Shown piece after piece: positions 52,198 through 64,000 of a DNA stretch of 64,000 nucleotides. Numbering within the stretch: position 1 is the stretch's first letter; the number at the start of each line of letters is the position of its first letter. Under the pieces are notes generated by a model. The model worked only from the letters and a program-made list of their open reading frames with translations, had not been told where the DNA came from and made no database searches. The stretch covers positions 38,130,001 through 38,194,000 of the forward strand of contig CM060732.1 of NCBI GenBank assembly GCA_030704615.1, written 5' to 3'. This stretch comes from Takakia lepidozioides (taxonomy: Eukaryota; Plantae; Bryophyta). Made by a program: the position numbers and the translations under genes.

Positions 52198-54738
52198 TTG
52201 GGGTTATGCAGGATGGCCGGGTCGAATCAGGCACAGTTTTTTGAATCTGGCACCTCCTCGACGACAAATGCTTTTGAAACAGGAGCAGGAGAGGGACTCA
52301 ATAAGAACCTTTCTGGCACTGCTGTGGCTGTGGTTACACTTTGTGAGGCAGAACAAGCCAAACAGGCACTGCACATTTTGAACCAGCAATTCATTTTGGC
52401 AGACTCCAGTACTTACTTGTGCATTTTACAAGGGTGTATCAAGACTAAAGATCTAGAAACGGGAAAGCAAGTGCATGCCCACATTATCCAAAATGGATTC
52501 GAGCCAAATATCCGTCTACTCAACACCCTTGTCAACTTGTATGGCAAGTGTGGGAGCCTGGTGGATGCACGGCAAGTGTTTGATAAAATGCCTAAACGAA
52601 ATTTGTTTACGTGGACTATAATGATAGCAGGATATGCCAAACGTGGATGTGGGTCTGAGGCTTTTGAGATCTATGAGCAAATGCAGCAGGAAGGGATGAC
52701 TCCCAACAGGGTGACGTTCATTTGCATTCTCAATGCATGTGCTAGCCAAGGAGCCCTTGAAAAAGGTAAGGAGATCCATGCCAGTATCCTTGAAGCTGGA
52801 ATTGCGCCAAATATCGTTCTGGAGACTGCCCTTGTTGCCATGTATGCAAAATGCGGGAGCATGGAGGATGCGCGTCAAGTGTTCAACAACATGGCCAAAC
52901 AAGATGTGATCTCATGGAATGCGATGATTGCAGGATACGCTCAGTGTGGGTGTGGTAGAGAGGCTCTCAGGATGTATGAGCAAATGACACAGAAAGGGTT
53001 GCTGATGGATAAGGTCACATTCATTTGTGCTCTCAATGCATGTGCCAACCTTGGAGCCTTAGAGAAAGGCAAAGAGGTCCATTCTGACATCATCAAAGCT
53101 CGAGTTGCGCCAGATGTTGTTCTCCAGACAGCCCTTGTAGACATGTATGCTAAATGTGGAAGTGTAAAGGATGCACGCGGAGTCTTTGACAAAATGGCTG
53201 AACGAAATGTGGTGTCATGGAATGTGATGATTGCAGGGTACGCTCAACATGGACATGCTAGGGAGGCTTTTGAGAGCTACAAGCAATTGCAATGGGTAGG
53301 GGTGAAGCCCGACAGGGTCACATTCATTAGCGTACTCAATGCATGTGCTACCCTAGGATCCCTGGAATTAGGCAAAAAGATCCATGTTGACATCATGAAA
53401 GCAGGAATTGTGTCATATATAAATTTGGAGAATACCCTTGTCAACATGTATGCCAAGTGCGGGAGTGTAATGGAGGCACGTCAAGTGTTTGACAATATGG
53501 CTCAAAGAACTGTGGTCTCTTGGAATGCTATGATTGGAGGATATGCTCAGCATGGGTTTGGTAGGGAAGCGTTGGAGATCTATGAGCAAATGCAACAGAA
53601 AGGGGTGACTCCCAACAGGGTCACATTCACTTGTGTTCTGAATGCATGTGCAAGCCTGGCAGCCCTGGAAAACGGCAGAGAAGTCCATACTGAAATCATC
53701 AAAACTGGAATTGCACCTGATATGATTCTGGAGACTGCCCTTGCTGACATGTATGCTAAATGTGGGAGCATGAAGCATGCACATCAAGTATTTTGCAACA
53801 TGCGTAAGCGAAGTGTGGTCTCTTGGAATGCAATGATTGCAGGATATGCTCAGAATGGGTGTGGCAGAGATGCTCTCCGACTATTTGGACAAATGCAAGA
53901 GGAAGGCTTGAAACCGGATGATATCACCTTTATATGTCTTCTCTCTGCATGTAGCCATGTGGGCCTGGTGGAGGAAGGGCATCACTACTTTCATTCCATG
54001 AATCAAGATCATGGCCTCATTCCTACAGTGGAGCATTTTGGGTGCATGGTGGATCTTCTTGGCCGTGGAGGGCGATTGGATGAGGCAGAGGACTTCATTA
54101 ACAAAATGCCATTAGAACCAGGTGCTACGGTGTGGGGGGCCTTGCTTGGTGCCTGCAGAAGTCATGGAGATGTGGAGCTAGCAGAACATGCAGCAAAATG
54201 CCTTCTCAAGTGGGTTCCACAGGATGCTGGAACTTACGTGCTGCTATCAAACATCTATGCTGCAGCTGGCAGGTGGGATGATCAAGCGAATGTGAGAAAA
54301 ATGATGGAGGACAGAGGTGTTAAGAAAGAGCCAGGGTGCAGCTGCATAGAGGTGGACAGCCGGGTGCATGCATTTGTTGTAGGAGACAAATTGCATCCAC
54401 AAATTGAAGAAATCCATGCTGAGCTGAAGAGGTTGTATGAGCAGATGAAGGAGGCTGGGTATGTCCCGGACACGCACTTTGTATTGCATGATGTGGAGGA
54501 GGAGCAAAACGAATTTTCGCTATGCCACCACAGTGAGAAGCTGGCCATTGCTTTTGGGCTGATCAGCACTCCCCCTGGGGTGCCTATCCGTGTCATCAAG
54601 AACCTTAGGGTGTGTGGCGACTGCCACAAGGCCACCAAGTTCATCTCAAAGATTGTTGGGCGAGCAGTTGTAGTAAGGGATGCCAACCGCTTTCACCACT
54701 TCAAAAACGGGGTTTGTTCTTGTGGGGATTACTGGTGA
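52198..54738 (+). CDS. PLS-class PPR protein with E1/E2 and DYW cytidine-deaminase domain (organellar C-to-U RNA editing factor)
   Basis: Uninterrupted 846-codon ORF with regular L-S-P triplets, PG box (PGCSCIEV), HSEKLA, CGDCH and terminal CSCGDYW. First ATG is at 52213. A TGCAG acceptor just before it suggests an upstream exon. Confidence 0.97.
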   Translation: MGLCRMAGSNQAQFFESGTSSTTNAFETGAGEGLNKNLSGTAVAVVTLCEAEQAKQALHILNQQFILADSSTYLCILQGCIKTKDLETGKQVHAHIIQNGFEPNIRLLNTLVNLYGKCGSLVDARQVFDKMPKRNLFTWTIMIAGYAKRGCGSEAFEIYEQMQQEGMTPNRVTFICILNACASQGALEKGKEIHASILEAGIAPNIVLETALVAMYAKCGSMEDARQVFNNMAKQDVISWNAMIAGYAQCGCGREALRMYEQMTQKGLLMDKVTFICALNACANLGALEKGKEVHSDIIKARVAPDVVLQTALVDMYAKCGSVKDARGVFDKMAERNVVSWNVMIAGYAQHGHAREAFESYKQLQWVGVKPDRVTFISVLNACATLGSLELGKKIHVDIMKAGIVSYINLENTLVNMYAKCGSVMEARQVFDNMAQRTVVSWNAMIGGYAQHGFGREALEIYEQMQQKGVTPNRVTFTCVLNACASLAALENGREVHTEIIKTGIAPDMILETALADMYAKCGSMKHAHQVFCNMRKRSVVSWNAMIAGYAQNGCGRDALRLFGQMQEEGLKPDDITFICLLSACSHVGLVEEGHHYFHSMNQDHGLIPTVEHFGCMVDLLGRGGRLDEAEDFINKMPLEPGATVWGALLGACRSHGDVELAEHAAKCLLKWVPQDAGTYVLLSNIYAAAGRWDDQANVRKMMEDRGVKKEPGCSCIEVDSRVHAFVVGDKLHPQIEEIHAELKRLYEQMKEAGYVPDTHFVLHDVEEEQNEFSLCHHSEKLAIAFGLISTPPGVPIRVIKNLRVCGDCHKATKFISKIVGRAVVVRDANRFHHFKNGVCSCGDYW

Positions 54739-56224
54739 AACTTGCAACATAAAGAAAGAAACTGCTCTGCTTCAACCTGGAGATGGAAAAGGTCCTAAAG
54801 TTATCATTGTTTACCGCAATTGAGTCCAGAGATTTGTGATATCGATTGTGAGAGATAGTACTGCACTTCCCCTGAGCTGCGCACAATGGACATCACCGTT
54901 ATTATCAAACTGCTGCATTGAAAGTGCCGAAATTGTTGAAGTGTTGCATTGGCATGAGAAGCTCCTACAGTTATTGGGGTTAAAAGGTTTGCAGTTGTGA
55001 AGATTGAACAAGGGGATGAAGATCAAGGAAGACTGGGTACTCGAGAGTGATTTTCTTTGCAGTGACTGGGAATCTGCGCCGCAATACACTTTGACACCCC
55101 TTCTACTTATGATAGTGACAGAGGGTTTCAACGATGGTTCTGAATTTCAATGTAACTTACAACGCTAAGAGCAGTCAAGATCAAATCAATGACAGGATAT
55201 TTCACATCATACAAAGATGTTTTTTTCTCCTCTTTGTATTCTTTGGGCTTTCGTCCTGCTATAAAAATCAAGGGCTTCCATCCCCTTTCTTTATTAAAAG
55301 AAAATAATAAAAAAAGGTCAGCTACTTGTACAAAGGAATTATGGGGATGAAAACCAAAACATTCATCAGAACCAGCCACTAGTTGAATATAAGGAGGTTG
55401 ATTTATTTTTCATTTTTCCAAAATCGCCACAAGGGCCACATGTGGATTCTATCCAGCACCCATGTGGCGAGATTAAAAAAGTGGCAGGGTTAGAAAAGTG
55501 ATTATATAACAGGTGGCACGTTTTAATGGGTCCACATTAGCAAAATCAGGCTACTGACGTTCAGCTACTAGTGGATTTTTTCGGATTTGTCCCTTGAGCA
55601 AGTATCTGAGGGCATAACCACACAAGCGGCAGTGGAAGTCCCCGCAACCTGCTGATTGGTTGATGGATCGTAAACTGATACCCTCACCTACCACGCGGGT
55701 GGAACGGCAACGAGAAGGCAACTTACGTGGAACCTCTCTGCGAAAGTAGGATTTCCAGGGATTATTGCCTGGAAATCCGAAATGTTAGGGAACTTCTTTG
55801 TCATGATATGCTCCTTCCCCTCCTGGAGCTCATCTCCTCGTTCATCTCTGTTTCTCAACGCTCTGTTCATGTGCCCGAATGCCGCTCATGTGGTAGCGTT
55901 GGTTTGTTTTTGCTGACATAGGCCTACTCTCCATAACATATAGGTGCTACAATCCTAACCAGGGACTTACATGTCACTCGAGCTCAGTGCCGCTCATGTG
56001 GTAAGACCATGACTCATTTTCCAGGTCAAGATTTAAGGATTTCTTGTCAAGGAAGAAGAACACTTCTCCAAGCACAAGGCTCATCCCAAGGGAAGGGGGT
56101 GAAGATCAATTTAGACAATATACACAATTTAGTCGATCTGGTCAGCTTACTTGGATCCTACTGCGAGTTATGAAATTGTCTTGGTTGGGTAGTGGTGCAA
56201 CATACCATCTTTAAGTTTTCCTTT

Positions 56225-57689
56225 TCTATACATATTTTATTTATGCACCAGAAATCTGAGTAAGAGTAGTAGACGTAAGATCAATATATGATTCGAGAAG
56301 TTTGTTTTGTTTGTAGCGTCGTTGAGATCTCCCAAACCGCTGGCCCCAAGCTGTTGGAAAGCCCTTGATGACGACGAGGGGTCCACCGGCTTGGTCTCAT
56401 GATTTTTGGACCGGCGGTGTGGGAGATGTGGAATTTCAAGTACTTTGGGACGCTGGAAATTCACAAAAAATAGCAAAATGGGCTTTCCTAGAGCAATGAT
56501 TGGCCCTTCACGTGGGATATTTGGAATTTCAAGTGCTTTTGGTCGCTGGAAATTTGCGAAAAATAGCTAAGTGGATGTATCAGTATATGAAGCCTCGACA
56601 GGGCAGATTGCAAAAATAACAAAGTGGGAATTGGGATTGCACTTGGACTGAGATGACATTGGACACTTGAGGTCGCGGCCTCTACATGGATATATAAGAG
56701 ATTGCAATGGGGTCGCTGGATTGCACTTGGACATAGATGACATTGGACACTTGATTTGGAATTTCAAGTACTTTTGGTCGCTGGAAATTCGTAAAAAATA
56801 GCCAAGTGGATATATCAATATATGAAGCCTCCACATGGGAGATTGCAAAAATAACAAAGTGGTAGAGATCTTCCAAATTGTAGGTCTTTGGATACATTGG
56901 GGATTGCAGTGGACACTTGTGGTACTTGGGCCTCTACATGGGAGATGCACTTGGATACATGAATAAAAGATTGCACTTGGGCTTGGATTTCAATTTTTGA
57001 CACATGGGCCAACGGCATAGGCTACATTAGAGGTCGCACTTTGGCCTCGACATAGGAGACGCACTTTGATACATAGCAAATTGCATATGGGCTTAGATGA
57101 CACTGGACACTTGGGCCGACGGGACAGGCTACCCTAGTCAATATATGAAGCGAGACGTTTGTTTTGTTTGTTTTGTTTGTAGCGTCGTTGAGATCTCCCA
57201 AACTGCGGGGCTCCAGCCCCGTGCTTGGTGCCGTTTGAAAGCCTTCGATGAGGAGGGGTGCACCGGCTTGGTCTCATGATTTTTGGACCCGCGGTGTGGG
57301 AGATGTGGAATTCTGAGTGCTTTTGGTCACTAGAAATTCGAGAAAAATAGCAAAGTGGGCTTTCCTGGAGCAGTGATTGGCCCTTCACGTGGGATATTTG
57401 GAATTTCAAGTATTTTTGGTTGCTGGAAATTCACAAAAAATAGAAAATATGGCAAAGTGGGCATTCTTGGGACAATGGTTGGAGCCTGGACGGGAGAGAT
57501 ATCAAGGGAAAGGTCTCCGGTTCAAATCTGGTCGTAGGCTCTATGGAAAACAAACTTACTTACATGACATTGGACACTTGGGCCAATGGCAAAGGCTACC
57601 CTCGAGGTTGCATTTGGGCCTCCCCATAGGAGACGCACTTGGACTTACATGACACTGGACACTTGGGCCAACGGCACGGGCTATCCTAG
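56225..57689 (+). mobile_element. Non-autonomous Helitron with internal tandem repeats and multiple 3-prime termini
   Basis: Begins TCTATAC and ends GGGCCAACGGCACGGGCTATCCTAG|T. Related end motifs near 57005, 57113 and 57580. Duplicated blocks at 56302/57172. Confidence 0.6.
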
Positions 57690-57759
57690 TAAGAGTTAAA
57701 ACAGAATCCTATCCCTTAAAAAAAAAAAAAAAACAGAGAAAAGAAAGAATATGGTGGAG

Positions 57760-57810
57760 GTTCGCCCAATAAATTGATAGAGCAGGAGCAAGTGCAGGCC
57801 CAATTAGGGC
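57760..57810 (+). promoter_or_regulatory. Site II-like (GCCCA) proximal promoter motifs of the DUF1664 gene
   Basis: GCCCAAT at ~57764 and GGCCCAATTAGGGC at ~57797, about 350 bp upstream of the ATG. Confidence 0.35.
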
Positions 57811-57998
57811 AAAGCGCCGGTGCGCACACACAGCAGAGACCAAGGACGAGAGGAAGGATGCGGGCAGAGAGGGCGTCGGGGCTTGCCTTGATCCTCAGTT
57901 CATCATACTATACTTTCTCTTCAATTTCTCTCAAATCCTAGATGTGCACTGCAGTATAAGGGGGAAAGGGCTTGCGCACTTTTCATAAACAGATCTGC

Positions 57999-58002
<4 letters not shown>

Positions 58003-58032
<30 letters not shown>
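58003..58032. repeat. (GA)n microsatellite in the DUF1664 5-prime region
   Basis: About 15 GA units. Confidence 0.95.
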
Positions 58033-58035
<3 letters not shown>

Positions 58036-58142
58036 CTTGAACTACATGGGAGGATCATAGTGTGATTTCGAGAATCAAATTGATTGTGAGGGGGAAAAAA
58101 ACGAGGAAAGGAGGGCGTCGAGATTCTGAGGTGCTGGGAGCC

Positions 58143-59336
58143 ATGGCGATGCAGAGCCTTGGGGCTACCAAGGTGGTGTTAATTATGGGCGCCGGTATGA
58201 TGGGCTCTGTGTTGTTGAAGAACAGTCGGGTTGGAGACATCTTGTCGGATCTCTCAAATGTATGTGGCTCAGGTACACCGGGGGAGGGTGAAGGAAAGAA
58301 AGGGCTCCAACATCCAGAGAGATGAAAGTTGGGAAGGAGGTTCATAATTTCATTTGAGAGACGGCCAGGCTGCTGCTGGATGCCTAAGGTTTGTAAGTAT
58401 TGTACTGAAAAATGAATAAACACTTGTGGAGTTTCTGTGTAGGTGTTGGCCAAGCATTTGAAAGAGGATGGGGACGGATCTGGAGAGTCAGGGGACACTG
58501 GCGGGGCTCTTGCCGCGCAGGTCCGCCGCTTGACACAAGAACTTAGGCAGCTGGCGGCTTCGTCACGACCAATTACTGTTGTCAATGGGGGCCCTAATTC
58601 GGCGACAGGTCTCTCAGGACTGGTAGTACCTGTTGTAGCCATTGGAGTTGCTGGCTATGGATATTTCTGGTGGAAGGGGTGGTCTTGGGGAGATGTTATG
58701 TACGTAACACGGAAGAACATGAACAATGCCGTAGCGAGTGTTTCGAAGCAATTAGAGCATGTCTCAGCGGCCCTCTCTTCCACAAAGAGGCATCTAACTC
58801 AAAGGCTTGAAGCTGTGACTAAAACCCTCGATGACAGTGTTGCAATGCAAGGATTGATCAAGGACCAGGTATATGAAGTTCGAGGAGAGGTGGAGAGGAG
58901 TGTGATTGAGATTGAGAATGTGCAGCGTCTTGTGGAGGGCTTGGAGGTCAAAATTGATGGTGTCCAAGCTAAGCAGCTCCTTGCCAACCAGGGAATATAT
59001 TTGCTAGTTGAGTCAGTTGGGTCCCTTCAGATACCAGCTAAGCCCGAGCTTCTTAAGGGTGTTCAGTCCTGGTTATCAAGAGCGCGGCAACTGGAGAACT
59101 CATCATCCTCTGGGGCAATTAGTTCCTTAGCAGGTTTGAAAGAGGTGCAGTATATCTCAGATGCTCTCCAATCCAACTTCCCTGCAGCCAGTACTCCCGA
59201 GATCACATATCCAAACAGTGACGGCGAGATTAGACCCATTGCCGGATTGGGTGGCATCAGCACTCCACTTAGGAGCATGCACAGGGCTTTTTCAGTTGGT
59301 TTGGGCCCTTTGCAGTATAACCTAGGGCATGGTTAG
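58143..59336 (+). CDS. DUF1664-family protein, ~336 aa, 2 coding exons (58143-58259, 58443-59336)
   Basis: MAMQSLGATKVVLIMGAGMMGSVLLKN...; GT-AG phase-0 intron; LAAQVRRLTQELRQLA..RPITVVNG, GYGYFWWKGWSWGDVMYVTRKNMNNAVASVSKQLEHVS. Confidence 0.92.
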
Positions 59337-60651
59337 AGGATGCTGCTTCAAATTCTGCGAGCTTTCTTTGTGGTTGGGCCAGTCTTGAAAGCAAAGTGAG
59401 AGAGAGAGAGAGGGGGGAAGGGAAGGAGATCATTTCTGTTCCATGCGTAATGATGTTTAGCCAGCGTCTTTGATCCTTGCGCATCCGCAGGAAAAGAGAG
59501 GGATGAAGAGTGTGACGGAGTCCTCACTTTTTCTCTGTAACCTTGCATCGACATGTTTGTCAGGGTATATACTGGTCCCACTGGCCTAAGGCCTCAGGGA
59601 TGTTAATATAAGTGATGGCTCCGTCATTTTTAGGAGGATTAAGTGTGGGAAGCAGGAAAGGTTGGGGTTGAGAGATGTAGCCAATACTTTGTGGCTAAAG
59701 ACCCTGTGCTGGATTATCATAGAGTAGGAAATGGGTTGAGATGAAGCACACTGTGGGTGCCACTCATTCTTACCCTACAGTTAATGCAGACAGCTCACTT
59801 CCAAAGCTTGTGGAAGTGTGAGACGATGAAAGGTGATGATCAAGGTTTGTATTGCTTCCACTACAGCAAGCAAATCTAGGTGTTGCTGTATTTCTGTCGT
59901 CTTGCAGCTTACCTGTACTCCATCCTGTTCAACCTAAAAAGAATAATAGTCTGGCACCTCCACACAATGGTCAGTTTTTGCATTATTTGGAAACAGGCAC
60001 ATTGCCAAAGCACCATTGTGCTGTCTTGTGAAGGTGCTGCTATACTTTCGAGATGTGACACAAGACCATCTACAAACTGTTTGCATGAGAAAATGGGAAC
60101 TAAGCAAGGACGTTATCCCAATCCCCACAATTCTGCATGTTGGCACTTCTGCTTGGTTCACACAAGGATCCATATCGATTGAGAGACAGTTTGCTTGCCG
60201 TCATGTTTGAAGTTAATGATGGATACAAATGAGCCACCTTGCTGGTAAATCACTTGGCCTCCGATCCTTGGTTGCCGAAACCATGACTAGCTAAAGTTAG
60301 GGAAGCCGCGGTTGGATGATGTTCAGTTGGGCTCCAATGTTGCTGTAATATATATACTGGAACTCCAACTTCCCTTCCTAACTTCCAGTAGTGCATTGAT
60401 CGAGCAGTGTGGCAGAGAAACCACTACCATCTTCCAAGACCGAGCAAAATCACCATAATTCCACAAAGATGGTTCAATTGTATTGATCTATAGTCTTATG
60501 TGTGCTGGTCTGCAGTGTGGAAGGGCTATGCAAATATACCTAGTGTCGAGGGAAACATGAGCGATAGAGATTGGACGAGCAAGGCCTGTCAATTTGCGTG
60601 TGTAAAGGTTGCAATCTGCAGGCTGCACACTTGAGAAGCTGGAGAACAAAC

Positions 60652-63600
60652 ATGCCAATAACACCCACCTACCAGTGGCAAGAAAGGGAGGGCTGGGTCA
60701 GAATTGATGGGACGCTTCGCAACGTCACTCCTTCTTTGGTCGATGTTACATGTACATTCTACATCCCTTTGCCTATCTTGTCTTTTGGCCGATCCTTCTC
60801 ATCAATATATCCCTCTTCGCAGACCAAACTGAGATGTGTATAGTGCACGTAGTCAACTCTGGTGTTGAAAATAATGCCGGAAATTGTTACCCGTTCTTGT
60901 TTCAAGTTGACCTGTTTGGAGATGTAGACAGCGACAAAAGCTCAGCTGTGGTCGGTAAAGATGGTGTGAACTTCTTCCTTGTCAAGGTGCGGTTTTCATC
61001 ATACGTTCCTTCTTTTGTCCAACAGTAGGACATTGGCATGTCTTGACAGTTGTGAGGCCAGTTCCTTCTCCTTTCTCGATAAGACAGAATTAAACTTCAG
61101 GAGAGGAAAGAGATCATGGAGTGGCACAGAGAATTCATGAATATAGACTGTCCATTGCATGTGGCCTATTAGTTGGCTGCAAGGAAACGTACATCTGACT
61201 TGCTCCGGACCTTTTTGGTAGAGAGAAGAGGGATTCTGGGGGAGACTCGCAGCCGTGGGAGAGAAAAAGAGCATCGTTGCCCGGCGCGAGCAATCGCTTG
61301 ATGCTGTAGCACGACTTGCCCAGAAGGTAGGCCATCTGAATTGAAGTTTCTGGGAGGGATGAGGAGACGGAAGTATTGTCTTGCAAGTGGGTTATGTTCC
61401 TATTGATGAGGCTCTACTTGTGTGTGAGGATTTTCTTTAGGCCTCTGGTTCTCATTGCAGTTCCTGCAGAAATGCTTATGGGTAATTTACATTGGAGTTG
61501 TAAAAGTTCCCAGTTTCCAATTCTCACGTTCGGTTGTTTCCACAAGCAGACAAAGAAAGATGCTCCTGCAGAGGCCTCCCGGATTGGCCGGCTTGCTGTG
61601 GAGAAGCAGATGAATTTGGAGGAGGTCGGTCACCCTACATCGAACCTGGCATGTCTTTAGGTGCTTTTAACTCAAAGCTGCCAAACTAAGAATACATGCT
61701 TATTCTGTGATCTTCTGTTGAAGCATAGGTTACAGAGAGAATTTTCCATCGCTCTTCAAGTGGGTTTCTTGTTCTTCTACTTTGTTCCATGGCTCCTGAG
61801 GCTGGCCCGTGGATGCTATGGAGTTTCTTTGTTTGTTTCTTTCTCCATGGACGAATGTAACAAATTCATTTCTTCTTCTCTTCTGTCTCTACCATTCGCT
61901 CTCCAAGCATCCCGGTGTCTGTTATGAAATTTCTTTCCTCTTTTGTCTCTCTCTCCACAAGTGCAGACATTACACAGTTCCTTTGTTTCTTCCTTCTTCC
62001 TCCATTCTACTTCAACGTCCACTGGGTGAATTAGAAAACATCTAGTGGTGTAAGGTCCTGAGCCTTCATGTTGCTGATGCTCAATCAACAACGTTCTTTG
62101 AGCTATCCAGCAATGTCCCTGGATAGAGGTCTAAACTGCAGGCCCTGTGTGTATTGGCTTTTGTGTGTCAAAGGGGGAGCGCAGGACTATCGAGACAAGG
62201 AAAAAGGCTGAACTGAACTTTGAGCAAGTAAGTTTTGATTGCCATAAGACTGAAAGCGCCACCAAAGGAGTGCGCAGTGTTATTGTAGGAGCATGGATAG
62301 AGCTTGAGCAGCTATTTCAAGCTCCATGTAGATATTTTCTGTCTTGAAAGTCCTGAGGGGAGAAAGATGCTCACCTGAAAGTGACCATCCTCCTGTAGAC
62401 TGATGGTCTATTATTGTTTTGGATGTTTTGAATAGTCCGAAATCAAGCAATGGCAAGAATGTCTTATAAAGTCAGAAGTAAGAGCTTTAGCACTGGAGCA
62501 CGCACAACATTTCCATGAAAAAGCCGAGAAGAGCATTGCATGGGAGCTCAGTGCCCAAACCACCTGTGAGTCCAACAAAGTTTCCAATAACCGAACACCG
62601 GAGAGCTCTAATGCAGGAGGGATCTGTGGCAATAAGAGCTTCCAGGAAGAAAGAATGCTGGACAATGACAATCCTACACGCAGAAGTTGCAGGGTTAGGA
62701 CCCTGGAGGACAAGATGGGAGGTATTAACACAGCTACTTTGGGAAGAGAATTTGGCACTGTTACAGAGACCCAGGATGCTTCCAAGGAATTCTCCAGCCG
62801 AGATCCATCACCTATCTCTAGATCACACAGCCAAGCTTCAACAAAATTACAGAATGTTGTACTTTTTGAGAAGAGGCTACCTGCACCACGCGAAAACACC
62901 TATGTCTCAGTGACATTCAGCCCAAAACCCACACTCCCTGATCATTTACCAGCTCGTGAAAGCAGAGGTAACTAGTAACTACGCTAATTTCACTTCAATT
63001 TTTGTAGAATCTCTTGCAGATCTATGGACTATTGTCCTTGTTGTTTGTACTGACTTCTACAAGTTCATCTCTAGAACAATGCAGAACCAACTGTGGAGCT
63101 AAAGGATCACCATCATGCAGTCTCTGATACAACTGATGTGTCCGAGAGGTTTACTACTACTACTGTTAGCATTTGGTTTGCTGAGAAGTGGAATGAGATT
63201 TAGACTTATGAATGTTAGCAGAGAAGTAGCTGCAGCAGGTGGCTTTTATGAATCCTTTCAATACAATACTTCCAACTTTCTGGACCATACAGAGGAGAAC
63301 CTGTTCACTAATTATAAGCAATGATTTGTGTCGTCAGGGAACCATTATTCCTTCAAGATAGAGGCAACCGGTTCTTTCAGTAATTCTCTGCACCACTTCT
63401 TATTCTTTCCAAGTTTAATTACCTTTTGAAGCATCTCATAGGTGTGTAGTGTTTGTGTTGTCACAAGCCTGTGTCATAGCCTAGCAAGTGTCGCTGCAAT
63501 AGTGGTAGGCTACCCTCAGAAACCAAAGGCAAGGGGTGCGTCTGGTTGCAGAGCTGGAGACTACGCAAGTGCAGCAAATGCCTACACGTATGCTATTGCA

Positions 63601-64000
63601 AAGGATGCAGCCATGCTCTTGTATCGCATCAATTTAGATTCGCTTAATTTGGCTGTTGTGTTTTTACATATGTGTTTGCGAGAAGAACTTTTTGTCTGAA
63701 GGTGAGTTGTCTATTATGATGTGCCCTCTCTTAAACATTACCTGCACCCACTTCTCCCGTTGTCTCTCATCCCAAAGCATTCCAGATTTTCCTTGCCTCC
63801 AGACCAAACCCCCACTTCCCCCTCATCTCTCACTGCCAGACTTTCCTTTTCCCCTAGACCAAATTCCTTGACAGATTGGGCATAGCTGCTATGCGAACCG
63901 AGCCGCTTGCAGATTGCAGCTGAAGCAGGCGCAGCAATGCATGGATGATTGCACAATTGCTCTTCGCCTCCTCAAGGATGAGACCTCACTTGACTGGCCA
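60652..64000 (+). CDS. DNAAF4: Dynein axonemal assembly factor 4 (DYX1C1/PF23; CS + TPR), 3-prime truncated by the window. Exons ~60652-60751, 60823 or 60853-60986, 61222-61326, 61550-61624, 62174-62227, 62436-62967, 63085-63148, 63338-63379, 63552-63620, 63886->64000
   Basis: Phase-compatible GT-AG exons give MPITPTYQWQE..., NCYPFLFQVDLFGDVDSDKSSAVVGKDGVNFFLVK, REEGFWGRL, AVEKQMNLEE, LPAPR..VSVTFSPK..LPARESR, EPLFLQDRGNRFF, GDYASAANAYTYAI, CYANRAACRLQL. These are collinear with known DYX1C1. Confidence 0.9.

Noticed and set aside
52204-54686. Minus-strand ORFs overlapping the PPR gene (and similarly DUF1664 and the LINE)
   Set aside because: Antisense shadows of real coding sequence with no independent features.

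Overview
Eukaryotic plant genomic DNA with spliceosomal introns. It most likely comes from a seed-free land plant (bryophyte, lycophyte or fern grade); this is inferred from a DNAAF4/PF23 flagellar gene and abundant PLS-DYW PPR sequences. The first ~45 kb is a nested transposon graveyard: MULE-type and pogo-type MITEs, CACTA ends and remnants, LTR pieces, a decayed Helentron (PIF1 helicase + AP endonuclease), a pogo DDE element and shuffled PPR/B3/SEC13 fragments. The last ~19 kb holds a decayed multi-B3 gene, an intact PLS-DYW PPR editing factor, a non-autonomous Helitron, a DUF1664 gene and a DNAAF4 gene running off the window. The standout is a full-length but decayed 8.8-kb minus-strand LINE (33986-42755). 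Its reconstructed ORF2 reads 2A-like / APE / RT / chromodomain / PCIF1(CAPAM)-like N6-adenine methyltransferase / RNase H / CCHC / RLE, i.e. a dual-endonuclease (Dualen/RandI-type) element carrying a putative chromatin reader and an adenine-methyltransferase fold. All domain calls come from motif recognition by eye, not from database searches.
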